Origin: Candidatus Eiseniibacteriota bacterium
GTDB taxonomy: Bacteria; Eisenbacteria; RBG-16-71-46; CAVPCR01
DNA length: 64,000 nucleotides
NCBI GenBank assembly: GCA_963823555.1
Contig: CAWGMA010000002.1
Span: forward strand, 480,001 to 544,000
Reading direction: 5' to 3'
This document shows positions 1 through 10,153 of this stretch, in pieces. Both the position numbers and the translations under genes were made by a program. The stretch's first letter is position 1. Each line of letters starts with the position of its first letter. A model generated the notes under the pieces. It did not search any database, had not been told where the DNA came from, and was given only the letters and a program-made list of their open reading frames with translations.

Positions 1-1908
1 TGCCGGCAGTCGCTCGCACCGTACCTCGACGCCGAGGAGATCATCGATGTCACGCGGCGCGGCTTCGACTTCTTCGAGGAGCTGTTCGCCTACCCTTACG
101 CCTTCGGCAAGTACGACCAGATATTCGTCCCCGAGTACAACTCCGGGGCCATGGAGAATGCCGGCTGCATCACCCACAACGAATACATGATCTTCCGTTC
201 CAAGGTGACCGACGCGGCGCGCGAGGATCGCGCGTTGACCATCTTGCACGAGCTCGCGCACATGTGGTTCGGGGATCTGGTCACGATGCGCTGGTGGGAC
301 GATCTCTGGCTCAATGAGAGCTTCGCCACCTACATGGGCCAGCTCGCGCTCGTCCGGGCGACGCGCTTCCAGCAAGCATGGAGCACCTTCGCCCGGATGA
401 TGAAGCCCTGGGCCTATCGTCAGGACCAGCTGCCGACGACGCACCCCATCGTTGCCGACGCTCCGGACACCGAGGCCGCGCGCACCAACTTCGATGGCAT
501 CTCGTATGCCAAGGGGGCCTCGGTCCTGAAGCAGCTCGTGGCGTGGGTCGGGGAGGAGGCGTTCATCGCCGGCGTACGCCAGTACTTCCGGCGCCACGAG
601 TTCAAGAACGCCGACCTCACGGCCTTCCTCGGCGCCGTGGCCGAGGCCTCGGGGCGTGAACTCGAGCTCTGGGCGAAGGACTGGCTCGAGAAGCCCGGGG
701 TGAACACCCTGGCCGCCGAGATCGATGCGGGAGGCGACGGCTCGACCGTGGCCGCCTTCTCGGTCACCCAGACCGCGCCTCAGGAGTGGCCGACCCTGCG
801 CTCGCACCGGGTGGCGATCGGTCTCTACGACCGTGACGGCGAGACACTCGTGCGCCGCCGGCAGATCGAGGTCGATGTCGCCGGAGCGCGGACGCCGGTG
901 CCTGCCCTCCGGGGCGAGCGTTTGCCGGCCCTCGTGATCGTCAACGACGAGGACCTGACTTTCGCCAAGATGCGCCTCGACCCTCATTCGCGGCGCACCC
1001 TGCGGGAGGGTCTCAAGCGGCTCGCAGATCCCCTGGCCCGGGCCCTGTGCTGGAGCGCGGCCTACGAGGAAGTGCGCGATGCCGTGATGCCGGCCCGCGA
1101 CTACCTGCGCCTCGTCCTCGACCATATCGCGGGCGAGGAGGAGATCGGTCTCGTGCAGTCGCTGATCGCCAACTGCTCCGCGGCCTTCAGCGTCTATGGC
1201 GATCCTACCCGGGCCGAGCGGGCCCGGCTCGACTTCGCCACGGCGGCGCGCCGGGCCCTGGAGCGCGCCGCGCCGGGGAGCGACTTCCAGCTCGCCTGGG
1301 CTCAGGCGTTCATCGCGACGGCGCGGAGCCCGGAGCACGTGGCGGCGCTGGAAGCTCTCCTCGATGGGGGGACGCCGGTACCGGGGCTCGCTATCGACAC
1401 CGATCTCCGGTGGCAGATCGTTCACTCCCTCGCGGCCGGCGGCTCGCTCGGGGATGAGCGGATCGCCGCCGAGCTCGAGCGCGACTCGACCGACTCCGGC
1501 CAGCGTCGCGCCGCTGCGGCGCGAGCGGCCATTCCCACGGCAGAGGCCAAGGCGGCGGCATGGCAGGTCATCATGAGCGACGGCGATCTCCCGCTCGCCA
1601 TGCGCAAGGCCTGGATGGGCGGGTTCATGCGCCACGACCAGGCGGTGCTCCTCGCCCCGTACGGAGGCAAGTACTTCGCCGCGCTCCCCGCGGTATGGAC
1701 CGAGCATGACGTCGAGGTGGCGATGAGCTTTGCCCGCGCCATGTATCCCACGCCCTGGATGGGCCAGGAGCTCTTGAAGATGACCGACCAGTTCCTGGTT
1801 GCTGCGCAGCCGCCGCCTGCGGTGCGGCGGTACCTTCTCGAAGGGGCCGACGATGTGCGCCGGGCCCTCCGGGCGCGGGCGCTGGACGCCGGGGCGGGGA
1901 GCGCTTAG
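1..1908 (+). CDS. pepN: Aminopeptidase N (M1 family zinc metallopeptidase), 5'-truncated by window edge
   Basis: Frame is open from base 1 (CRQSLAPYLD...FGKYDQIFVPEYNSGAMEN). Has the GAMEN motif, the HELAH...WLNESFA zinc motif and FDGISYAKG. Confidence 0.95.
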   Translation, partial: CRQSLAPYLDAEEIIDVTRRGFDFFEELFAYPYAFGKYDQIFVPEYNSGAMENAGCITHNEYMIFRSKVTDAAREDRALTILHELAHMWFGDLVTMRWWDDLWLNESFATYMGQLALVRATRFQQAWSTFARMMKPWAYRQDQLPTTHPIVADAPDTEAARTNFDGISYAKGASVLKQLVAWVGEEAFIAGVRQYFRRHEFKNADLTAFLGAVAEASGRELELWAKDWLEKPGVNTLAAEIDAGGDGSTVAAFSVTQTAPQEWPTLRSHRVAIGLYDRDGETLVRRRQIEVDVAGARTPVPALRGERLPALVIVNDEDLTFAKMRLDPHSRRTLREGLKRLADPLARALCWSAAYEEVRDAVMPARDYLRLVLDHIAGEEEIGLVQSLIANCSAAFSVYGDPTRAERARLDFATAARRALERAAPGSDFQLAWAQAFIATARSPEHVAALEALLDGGTPVPGLAIDTDLRWQIVHSLAAGGSLGDERIAAELERDSTDSGQRRAAAARAAIPTAEAKAAAWQVIMSDGDLPLAMRKAWMGGFMRHDQAVLLAPYGGKYFAALPAVWTEHDVEVAMSFARAMYPTPWMGQELLKMTDQFLVAAQPPPAVRRYLLEGADDVRRALRARALDAGAGSA

Positions 1909-3522
1909 GTGCGGTCATCGCGGGCATGGCTGGTCGCGATGGCGGCGCTGACGATCACGACAACGCCTCCGGCATCGGCGGCGGCATCCGGTCCCCGGGT
2001 CGTCGAGGCGCCCGACCTCGAGGTCGTCCGCCATGAGCTCACCAACGGGCTCACGCTTCTCGTCCACGAACGCTCGACCGCGCCCATCGTCTCGGCCTAC
2101 GTGCGGTTCCGGGTCGGCTCGGCCGACGAACGCCAGGGCGTGATCGGCGCGGCCCACTTCGTCGAGCACATGCTCTTCAAGGGCACGACCACGATCGGAA
2201 CCCGCGATGCTGGAGCGGAGGCGGAGCTCATCGCGGCCGAGGATCGCGTCTTCGAGGATCTTCGCCGGCAGCGCTTCGCCGCCGCCCGCGAGGAGAGGCG
2301 GGGGCGGGTGGTGCCGGACTCGCTCCGCGCCCGCATCGCCGCTCTGGAGGGTGAGTTCGCGACTCTCGAGAAGCAGCTCTCGGCCCTCGCCGAGGGCGAG
2401 CCCATCGAACGCCTCTATCAGCTCAACGGTGGGGTCCAGCTCAACGCATCGACCGGCTATGACGGCACGCAGTACTTCGTGAGCCTGCCCGCCAATCGTC
2501 TCGAGCTGTGGGCGCGCATCACCGCCGACCAGATGCAGAACCCGGTCTTTCGCGAGTTCTTCGCCGAGCGCGACGTGGTCCTGGAGGAGCGCCGGCTCAA
2601 GGTCGACAATCAGCCGGAGCTCAAGCTCTACGAGCAGGTGATCGGCACCGCTTACCTGGCTCACCCTTATCAGATCTTCTGGGAGTGGGCGTCCGAGGTC
2701 GAGAACCTGACCCGACCCGAGCTCCGCGAGTTCTACCAGCGATATTACGCGCCCAACCAGGCCGTGATCGCCATCGTCGGCGATGTGCGGGCCCAGGAGG
2801 TCATCGCTCTCATCGAGCGCTATTTCGGCTCCATCCCCCGGCAACCCGAGCCCGAGCCCGTCGTCGTGGTCGAGCCCGAGCAGCGCGGCGAGCGCCGCCT
2901 CGCCGTGGATTTCGACGCCGAACCGCAGATCATGATGGCATGGCACAAACCGGCCTCGGGCCATCCCGACGATGTCGTCTTCACGGTCATCGATCAGGTT
3001 CTCTCCCGCGGGCGCACCTCCCGCTTCTACTTGAACCTGGTCGAGGGTCAGCAGGTGGCGCTGGGAGTCGGCGTCGATCAGTATCCGGGCTCGGGGCTCC
3101 TCGGCTCGGTCGATCCTGGTCTGTTCCTCGTCAGCGCCACGCCACGGGATCCGCATTCCCCGGCGGATGTCGAGGCGGCGATCCTGGCCGAGATCGAGCG
3201 CTTGAAGACCGCGCCGGTGGATGAGCGGGATCTCGAGCGGGTCAAGACCAACATCGAGGCCGACCTGATCCGCGGGCTGCGCTCGAATCTCGGGCTCGCC
3301 TCGAGCCTCGCCTCCTGGGAGGCGGTGGCCGGCGACTGGCACGGCCTGATCGAGGCCCCGGCGCGGGTGCGCGCCGTGACCCCGGACGACATCCAGCGCG
3401 TGGCGCGCCAGTACCTCGGGGCCGAGAATCGCACCGTGGCCTGGCTCATGCGTGGCGCGGAGAGCGTCGGAGAGCGGGCGGAACCCGACCGGGGCGCGCC
3501 CGGCGAGGAGGCCGGCAAATGA
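1909..3522 (+). CDS. M16 (pitrilysin/insulinase-like) peptidase, catalytic subunit, exported
   Basis: N-terminal signal peptide, LTNGL, inverted zinc motif HFVEHMLFKGT, LNAST, ERDVVLEERR. Abuts the pepN stop. Confidence 0.92.
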   Translation: MRSSRAWLVAMAALTITTTPPASAAASGPRVVEAPDLEVVRHELTNGLTLLVHERSTAPIVSAYVRFRVGSADERQGVIGAAHFVEHMLFKGTTTIGTRDAGAEAELIAAEDRVFEDLRRQRFAAAREERRGRVVPDSLRARIAALEGEFATLEKQLSALAEGEPIERLYQLNGGVQLNASTGYDGTQYFVSLPANRLELWARITADQMQNPVFREFFAERDVVLEERRLKVDNQPELKLYEQVIGTAYLAHPYQIFWEWASEVENLTRPELREFYQRYYAPNQAVIAIVGDVRAQEVIALIERYFGSIPRQPEPEPVVVVEPEQRGERRLAVDFDAEPQIMMAWHKPASGHPDDVVFTVIDQVLSRGRTSRFYLNLVEGQQVALGVGVDQYPGSGLLGSVDPGLFLVSATPRDPHSPADVEAAILAEIERLKTAPVDERDLERVKTNIEADLIRGLRSNLGLASSLASWEAVAGDWHGLIEAPARVRAVTPDDIQRVARQYLGAENRTVAWLMRGAESVGERAEPDRGAPGEEAGK

Positions 3523-4963
3523 CCCGCGCCGCGCTTCTCCGCAGTGGGACGCTCGCCGCGGCGCTCGCCATCGGGCTCATGGCGGCCCGGCCGGCGCCCG
3601 CCTTGCCCCCGGACGCCCCGCTCCCGGGCGAGATGACGTTTCCCGATCTCGAGTTCACGCCGCCCCGGCCCGTGCGCTTCGAGCTGGACAACGGACTCGT
3701 GGTCCACTTCCTCGAGGACCAGAGCCTGCCCCTGGTCGAGGTGACCGCGCTCATCCAGGGCGGAGCGGTCCACGAGTCGGCCACGAAGACCGGGCTCGCC
3801 GGGCTCACGGCGACCGTCATGCGCACCGGAGGCACCGCGACCCGCAACCCCGTCGAGCTCAACGTCGAGCTCGAGGACATGGCCTCGTTCGTCGAGATCG
3901 GAATCGGCGAGGAAGGGGCCAATGCCTCGGCGTGGAGCCTCGCCCGCCATTTCCCTCAAACCGCGGCCATCCTTGCCGACGTGCTCCGGAACCCCGCGCT
4001 GGCGCCCGAGAAGCTCGAGATCGCGCGCGCCCGGGCGATCGAAGGCGTGAGGCGACAGAACGACGATCCCCTCGGGATCGCCGATCGCGAGATCACGAAG
4101 CTCTGCTATCCCGAGCATCCCTATGGTCGGTTCTCCACCGTGGCCTCCCTCGAGGCCATCACGCGCGACGATCTGCGCGCCTTTCATGCCCTCCTCTTCC
4201 ATCCCGATCGCACGCTGCTCGCCGTCTCGGGCGCGATCACCGAGGCCGAGCTGCGCTCGATCCTCGCCGGCGCCTTCGCCGACTGGCCCCGTTCTTCCGA
4301 GGTGCTGCCGCCGACCCCCGCGGTCACGCCGCCCCGGGCCGCGCGCGTGACGTTCATCCCCAAGGACGTGAACCAGTCGGTGATCCGGATGGGGCATCTC
4401 GGCATCGATGTCAACAACCCCGACCGGACCGCCATCTCCGTCATGAACTACATCCTCGGGCGCAGCGGTTCGACATCGCGGCTCGCGAAGAAGGTGCGGG
4501 TGGAGGCGGGCATCGCCTACTCGGTGGGCTCGACCTTCACCATGCCGCGTTCGACCGGTCTCTTCCTCGCCGATACGGAGACCGCTCCGGAGACCACCGC
4601 CCAGGCGATCGAGCTCATGCTCGCGGAGATCGAACGCATGCGTGCCGATGGGATCACTCCGGTCGAGCTCGAGGCGGCGCGCAGCGCCATCCTCAATCGC
4701 GACATCTTCCAGTACGCGACGGCGCATCGCATTGCGGTGCGAGCCGCCGAGCTCGAGTTCGATGGCTTTCCTCCCGATCAGCACGAGCGGGACTGGAGGA
4801 CTATCGCCGGATGACCGTCGAGCAGGTGAATGCGGCGGCGCGTGATTATCTGCACCCGGAGAAGCTCCGCATCCTCGTCGTCGGCAACGGGGCCGCCTTC
4901 GATCGGCCGCTTTCCACCTTCGGCGAGGTCGAGGAGATCCAGCTGCCGGCGGCGCCGGAGTGA
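3519..4963 (+). CDS. M16 peptidase non-catalytic partner subunit; one frameshift near 4790
   Basis: Signal peptide, LDNGL, HPYGR, SRL..KVR..AGIAYSV, no HxxEH. The typical C-terminus (MTVEQVNAAARDYLHPEKLRILVVG) continues in another frame to the TGA at 4963. ATGA overlap with the upstream gene. Confidence 0.88.
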
Positions 4964-4973
4964 GGGAGGGGCG

Positions 4974-5921
4974 ATGAAACGGCACATGGGCGCACAGCTC
5001 GCCCTGGCGTTGCTGGTGGCGATCTCGCTCCCGGAGGCCACGATGAGCCAGCAGGATGTTCGAGGCGGCGAAGCGGGGTCCGGGATGTCGGGCGATCTTC
5101 GTGATCTGATCGCCGCCGAGCGCGCGTTCGCCCGTCTGTCGGTCGAGCGCGGGACGCGGGCGGCGTTTCTCGAGTACCTGGCGGCGGATGCTCTCATCTT
5201 CCGGCCGCGACCCGAGCCGGGGCGCGCGCACTGGGAAGGGCGCCCCGAGCCCACGACCGTTCTCTCCTGGGAGCCGGCGTTCGCGTGCGTTGCGGCGAGC
5301 GGGGATCTCGGCTACTCGACCGGTCCCTGGGCGCTCCACGACCGCGCCGAGGGCAAGAGACCGCCGTCCCATGGCCAGTTCGTCTCGATCTGGAGGCGGG
5401 AGCCGGCGGGCTGGCGTGTCGTCGTCGACCTCGGCATCGTGCACACCAAGCCCGACTCGGGTGCGGTGACCCTCTCCCATCCCGCGCCGAAGCCGTCACC
5501 GGGCGAGCCCGATACGCTGGTCGCGGGAAAGGACCTCGCGGCTCTGGCCCACGACATCCAGGCCGCCGACGAGGCCCTGGCCACGGCCATCACGCGGTCG
5601 GGGCTCGCCGCCCTCGACACGCTGGCCACCGCCGACATCCGCGTGCTCCGCATGGGTCGGCTCCCCGGTGTGGGGCGGAAGGATGCCTCGAGACTCCTGG
5701 CCGGGAAGCCGGGGGAGGTCCGCTTCACACCCGCGGCAGCGGCCGCCGCCCGCTCCGCGGACCTCGGATATTCATATGGAACCGCAGAATATCGCGGCAG
5801 CGACGGCCTCCTGCGCGAGGTCATGAGCTACGTGCACGTCTGGCGGCGAGATCCCGGTGAGTCATGGCGCCTGGCCCTCGATATCGCGCTCACGCTGCCC
5901 AGAGACAGCTCGAGTCAGTGA
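4974..5921 (+). CDS. Exported protein with tandem NTF2/SnoaL-like (DUF4440-type) domains
   Basis: RBS GGAGG precedes ATG 4974; signal peptide. Two repeats of S(G/A)DLGYS.G...(F/Y)V.(I/V)WRR...WR...D. Confidence 0.8.
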   Translation: MKRHMGAQLALALLVAISLPEATMSQQDVRGGEAGSGMSGDLRDLIAAERAFARLSVERGTRAAFLEYLAADALIFRPRPEPGRAHWEGRPEPTTVLSWEPAFACVAASGDLGYSTGPWALHDRAEGKRPPSHGQFVSIWRREPAGWRVVVDLGIVHTKPDSGAVTLSHPAPKPSPGEPDTLVAGKDLAALAHDIQAADEALATAITRSGLAALDTLATADIRVLRMGRLPGVGRKDASRLLAGKPGEVRFTPAAAAAARSADLGYSYGTAEYRGSDGLLREVMSYVHVWRRDPGESWRLALDIALTLPRDSSSQ

Positions 5922-6005
5922 TTCAGGGCCCCGCTCGCCGCGCCCTTGGCCTGAACGCGATTCTGTGCGATCATTGCATCACGATCTGCTGATCGAATAC
6001 CAACC

Positions 6006-6485
6006 ATGCGCAACCACAAGAAAGAAAGCGCTGGCCTCCTGATGTACCGTCTCCGGGACGGACAGGTCGAGGTCTTCATCGTGCATCCTGGGGGCCCGTA
6101 TTTCTCCCGCAAGGATGCCGGGGTCTGGGGCATTCCCAAGGGGGTGGTGGGGGAGAGCGAGGACAAGCTCGCGGCCGCCATCCGCGAGTTCGCCGAGGAG
6201 ACCGGGATCCAGGCCGACGCCGAGTTCGTCCCTCTCGGCAGCATCGTGCAGAGAAGCGGCAAGATCGTGCATGCCTGGGCCTTTGCCGGCGACTGGGACG
6301 ACACCCAGCCGATCCGGAGCAACCGCTTCCCGCTCGAATGGCCGCCCGGGTCGGGCAAGACCCGGGAGTTTCCCGAGGTCGATCGCGCCGTCTTCCTGGC
6401 CGTGGATGCGGCTCGCAAGAAGATGATCCCCGCCCAGGCCGCTCTTCTCGATCGCCTCCTCGAGCACCTCGCCGCCGCGGACTAG
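6006..6485 (+). CDS. NUDIX hydrolase
   Basis: Nudix box PKG...E...AAIREFAEETG; family motifs HPGGP and EWPPGSG...FPEVDRA. Confidence 0.92.
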   Translation: MRNHKKESAGLLMYRLRDGQVEVFIVHPGGPYFSRKDAGVWGIPKGVVGESEDKLAAAIREFAEETGIQADAEFVPLGSIVQRSGKIVHAWAFAGDWDDTQPIRSNRFPLEWPPGSGKTREFPEVDRAVFLAVDAARKKMIPAQAALLDRLLEHLAAAD

Positions 6486-6502
6486 GCGCCGGCTCTCTCC
6501 TC

Positions 6503-7747
6503 TCAGCGCCGGCGCCGGCGCCGCCCCACTCGGTTCTCGCGCCGGCGGAGCTCGGAAGTGCTGCGGTAGGCCTCGGCCGTGACGTAGGCCACGACCAGAC
6601 GGCGGAACGTTCCGGGAACGAAGGCGATCGGCCCGCGTGGATCCTCGTCGGCCCGATCCATCGCCTTCCTGAAGATACGCTTGATGCCTGCGGCCATCTC
6701 CTCGACGGTCATCGGCGGCCGCTGAAAGCTCGACCAGAACTCGTCGAGGTCGGAGGGCGTGAGGAGCTCCATTCCCTCTTCGTGGTCGAGGGCGTCGGCC
6801 AGCGAGCGCGGGGAGAGAATGATGAACTCGTTCACGTTGCGGATGCGCGCCAGCTTCTGCTCGAGGCGCTCGGGATACGTGGTCTGCGTCACCTGGATGC
6901 GCGCTCCACGGCGGCGGTTCAGATCGGGAACGTGCACGCGGAGGTCCGTCTTCTCGACGAAGTCCTCGACCAGCGGCGCGCGGCGCGCGATCGCCTCGTG
7001 CTCGTTCAGGATGTCGAGCATCAGCTGCTCGAAGCGGCGACCCAGGATATCGGGGACGATGTGGATGCTGTCGCCCGCGGCCTCCGCCGCGGGCCGGCGC
7101 TCGAGCCAGCGTTCGATGTCCTCGAGCCCGCGCAGGTCCATGGCCACGCGGTGAATGGCCAGGTGGACGAGGAGGGTCGCGACCGCATCGGCGACCAGAG
7201 GGTCCTCGAACTCGAGACCGATCCCCCAGGCGCGGGCGGCGATGGCCTGGTCGATACGGAGCAGGGTCTCGCCCTCCGGCCCCTCGGCCCTGATGAGCTT
7301 GACCCGGCCGGGTGCCAGGGAAGGGAGCTCCCACCACTCCACATCGGGATCGATCTCCGGATCGGCGGCGCCAGGCGGTGCGCTGGACTCGGGCTCTCCG
7401 GTGTCGATATCGATGGCCGCCGCCGCGGCGGGCGGCGTGGCGTCGCTCGCCGGAAAGTCCCGCCGCGGTTCGAGAAGGAGCTCCTTCACGGGCTCGAGGA
7501 GCGCGTGAATGGAGTTGCGACGAAAAGCCGTGGCGCGCGGATCGCGGCGCTTCAGGAGCCGGCGATAGCTGGCCAGGATCTCGCCCCCGAGCACTGCTCC
7601 GTGTTCCGGATCGTCGAGCGCGCTGACCAGATCGCCCTCTTCCCACGCCGCCTCGAGCGCGATGATGGCCGCCTTCAGGCGCCGGTAGTACTCCGGCAGC
7701 TCCCACGCGCTCACCGCCGGTAGCCTGATCGGTGCGGGCTCGGTCAT
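6503..7747 (-). CDS. Hypothetical protein with possible C-terminal PD-(D/E)XK-like nuclease domain
   Basis: Likely start MTEPAPIRLP (ATG 7747, GGAAG upstream). Motif GRRFEQ...EDFVEKTDL...ARIQVT resembles a restriction-endonuclease-like core. Confidence 0.6.
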   Translation of the reverse strand: MTEPAPIRLPAVSAWELPEYYRRLKAAIIALEAAWEEGDLVSALDDPEHGAVLGGEILASYRRLLKRRDPRATAFRRNSIHALLEPVKELLLEPRRDFPASDATPPAAAAAIDIDTGEPESSAPPGAADPEIDPDVEWWELPSLAPGRVKLIRAEGPEGETLLRIDQAIAARAWGIGLEFEDPLVADAVATLLVHLAIHRVAMDLRGLEDIERWLERRPAAEAAGDSIHIVPDILGRRFEQLMLDILNEHEAIARRAPLVEDFVEKTDLRVHVPDLNRRRGARIQVTQTTYPERLEQKLARIRNVNEFIILSPRSLADALDHEEGMELLTPSDLDEFWSSFQRPPMTVEEMAAGIKRIFRKAMDRADEDPRGPIAFVPGTFRRLVVAYVTAEAYRSTSELRRRENRVGRRRRRR

Positions 7748-7778
7748 GGCTGCCGCTTCCTGGGTGCGGCCCGCGAAC

Positions 7779-8276
7779 TCACAGCTCGAGCTCCATGCAC
7801 AGCGCTCCCGCCACCGGGTTCGCCGTGTAGGGCGGGATCGGCCTGAAGCCGAGTGCGCGATAGAGCGCCACGGCCTCCGCCATCTGTGCCGGGATGGTGT
7901 CGAGTCGCATGCGCGCATACCCCGCGCCGCGCGCGGCGGTGATGGCGGCCGTGGCGAGGAGGCGCCCGAGGCCGCGGCCGCGAAAGGCGGGGCGCACATA
8001 GAGGCGCTTCATCTCGCAGCCGTCATCCCCGAGCGCTCGGAGCGCCACGCACCCGGCGAGATCGGTGGCCGGCGGCGGCACGGCGACGAGAATACAGCCA
8101 CCCGGTAGCGCATAGTCGCCGGGGAGCCCGGCGAGTTCCTGATCGAAGCCCTGGAAGCAGAGACTGAAGCCGAGCGAGCGGGCGTATTCGAGAAAGAGCT
8201 CGCGCACGGCGTCGATCTGATCGGCTGTGGCTTCGGACACTCTCGTCGGCACTCGATTGCCTGCTTCGACGGTCAC
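7779..8276 (-). CDS. GNAT family N-acetyltransferase
   Basis: LCFQGFDQELAGLPGDYA, CEMKRLYVRPAFRGRGLG (acetyl-CoA motif A), LYRALGF. GTG start overlaps the upstream TGA. Confidence 0.92.
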   Translation of the reverse strand: MTVEAGNRVPTRVSEATADQIDAVRELFLEYARSLGFSLCFQGFDQELAGLPGDYALPGGCILVAVPPPATDLAGCVALRALGDDGCEMKRLYVRPAFRGRGLGRLLATAAITAARGAGYARMRLDTIPAQMAEAVALYRALGFRPIPPYTANPVAGALCMELEL

Positions 8277-9829
8277 GGGATCTTCACCAGCGGGATCGCA
8301 TCCGCATGGCGTCCGCCACGGGGGATCGCGTAGTAGATACCGGCGGGCACCCGGGTTCCGCGCTCGTTGCGCCCATCCCAGACCGCGCTCCTCTGGCCGC
8401 CGGCGCCGGGCCGCGCTTCGAGGCGACGCACGCTCCGGCCTTGCACATCCACGATATCCACGCAGCTCGGCCCGAGCGCCGGCCCGGCCACGATCGTCGT
8501 CGATTCCCGCATCGGGTTCGGTGTCGCGCGGAGGACCGCCGCGCCCGGCGCCGCCGGTTCCTCCTCGCCGATCGCCGTCGTGCCGGCCGGCAGGTGGATC
8601 CGGGTCCGGTAGATGCGTCCCAGGCCGGAGCGCGAACCCGCGCACCACACATCGACCGAGTCCGGGGATACCCGTGCCCAGTCGATTCCCTTCATCTCAC
8701 AGCCCGTGTCGATGTCGAGTTCCCAGGTCGTGCCGCCGTCGGTGGTGCTCCAGATGCCGCCCGACGCCGCGAAGTAGTTGCCGCCGACGGCGAAGCCGAG
8801 GGATTCGTTGAAGAAGAGGAGCGAGCGGATCGGGTAGGGTGGATTGAGGATGCGGCCGCTCCAGGTCTGGCCGCCATCGGTCGTCCGGTGGACCCAGCCC
8901 TGGACCGGTGCCGAGATCTGCCCGCCCCCGGTCCAGCCGTGCTGGGTGTCGGGGAAGCTGACTCCACCGTCGAAGACGGGGTCGATGCTCGGGCGGCAGG
9001 AGTAGCTGGCGCCGCCGTCCGTCGACTCGCAGAAGCTGATGCCGGTCAGGTAGACCTGGAGGTCCGGCCGGAAGGTGAAGTTCCCGGCGAACCAGCCTTG
9101 ACCCGGATCGGCAAGAACCTGCGTCCAGTCGCCGGGATTGGCGCCGCCATTCACGGTATTGAACGTGATACCGCCGCCGATGCGGGTGGTGACGCCATGG
9201 CTGCGGTCCGCGAACTGATTGATCGTGAGCCAGCCTCCGGGATCGATGACGAGATCGGCGGTCCAGGTGGCGCCTCCGTCGGAGGACCAGCGGGCGATGC
9301 CCTCTCCGGTCTGGTTCTGGAACCCCGTGATGAAGACCGTATCCGGGCTCATGGCGTGCACCCCGTACCAGTACCGCGGGAACCCGAGATTCAGGACGGG
9401 CTGCCAGGTGGCGCCGTCGGCCGTCTTGTAGACGCGCCCGAGCTCGGCGGCGGCGAAGCCGTGCGTGGCGTCCGCCATCGAGAGATCGACGAAGACGGCG
9501 TCGCTCTGATGCTGGAGCACCCACCCGTTCCGGGCAGGGACGGGGTCGGGCGGGCGCGAGGCGGGAGCGGCCCCCGCGGCGGCCTCGCGGGCGGGACCCG
9601 CCGGGACCCCGGCGAGCCACCGCGGGCCACTCCGCGGGATGAGCTCGATCACCGGGCCCCGATCGCCGGCGGTGACGGCCTGAACCCGGGTCGCGGGGAG
9701 CGAAGGCTCGGTGGGGCCCGACTCGAGGGCGGGGAGGGTGCTCGGTAGGATCCCGGTCAGGATGGCCAGGGTCGAGGCGAGGATGGTGGCGGGAGACCGG
9801 ATGGGGCGACTCAAGAGGGGGCGCGGCAT
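8273..9829 (-). CDS. Secreted BNR/YCF48-type beta-propeller protein with C-terminal FlgD-Ig-like domain
   Basis: Signal peptide; repeated (S/T)xDGGxTW Asp-boxes; C-terminal PNP...IVDVQGRSVRRL...WDGRNERGTRVPAGIYY. Confidence 0.85.
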   Translation of the reverse strand: MPRPLLSRPIRSPATILASTLAILTGILPSTLPALESGPTEPSLPATRVQAVTAGDRGPVIELIPRSGPRWLAGVPAGPAREAAAGAAPASRPPDPVPARNGWVLQHQSDAVFVDLSMADATHGFAAAELGRVYKTADGATWQPVLNLGFPRYWYGVHAMSPDTVFITGFQNQTGEGIARWSSDGGATWTADLVIDPGGWLTINQFADRSHGVTTRIGGGITFNTVNGGANPGDWTQVLADPGQGWFAGNFTFRPDLQVYLTGISFCESTDGGASYSCRPSIDPVFDGGVSFPDTQHGWTGGGQISAPVQGWVHRTTDGGQTWSGRILNPPYPIRSLLFFNESLGFAVGGNYFAASGGIWSTTDGGTTWELDIDTGCEMKGIDWARVSPDSVDVWCAGSRSGLGRIYRTRIHLPAGTTAIGEEEPAAPGAAVLRATPNPMRESTTIVAGPALGPSCVDIVDVQGRSVRRLEARPGAGGQRSAVWDGRNERGTRVPAGIYYAIPRGGRHADAIPLVKIP

Positions 9830-10153
9830 GTTCTTTCCTCCCATCGACAGGTCCGGGATACCTGCCGCATCCATGGCATTTTACCCGGCCGCGCCGGGGA
9901 CGGGCCTGCGCTTTTTCGCGGTCCCCGATCCGGCCGCTCCCCCCACCGATCTCTGTCGAATCTTCGCCTTGGAAAGCCATATCCGAAAGAAGATGATGCA
10001 GGAGCCGAACGAACCGCACCTGGCGGGAATGCGCGGCCGGACTGGCCGCCAAGGCTGCGGCAGCCCATCGGATCCGTGCTCGAGGGAGCCGTTTCCGCTT
10101 CATGCGCTGATAACCTGACGTCACAACCCAACCATCGGTGAGGACAAGGAGAA

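Noticed and set aside
4780..4815. Programmed frameshifting in the M16 subunit, addA (~49400) or the methyltransferase (~31835)
   Set aside because: No consistent slippery heptamer or stimulatory structure is visible, and indels are scattered across unrelated genes.
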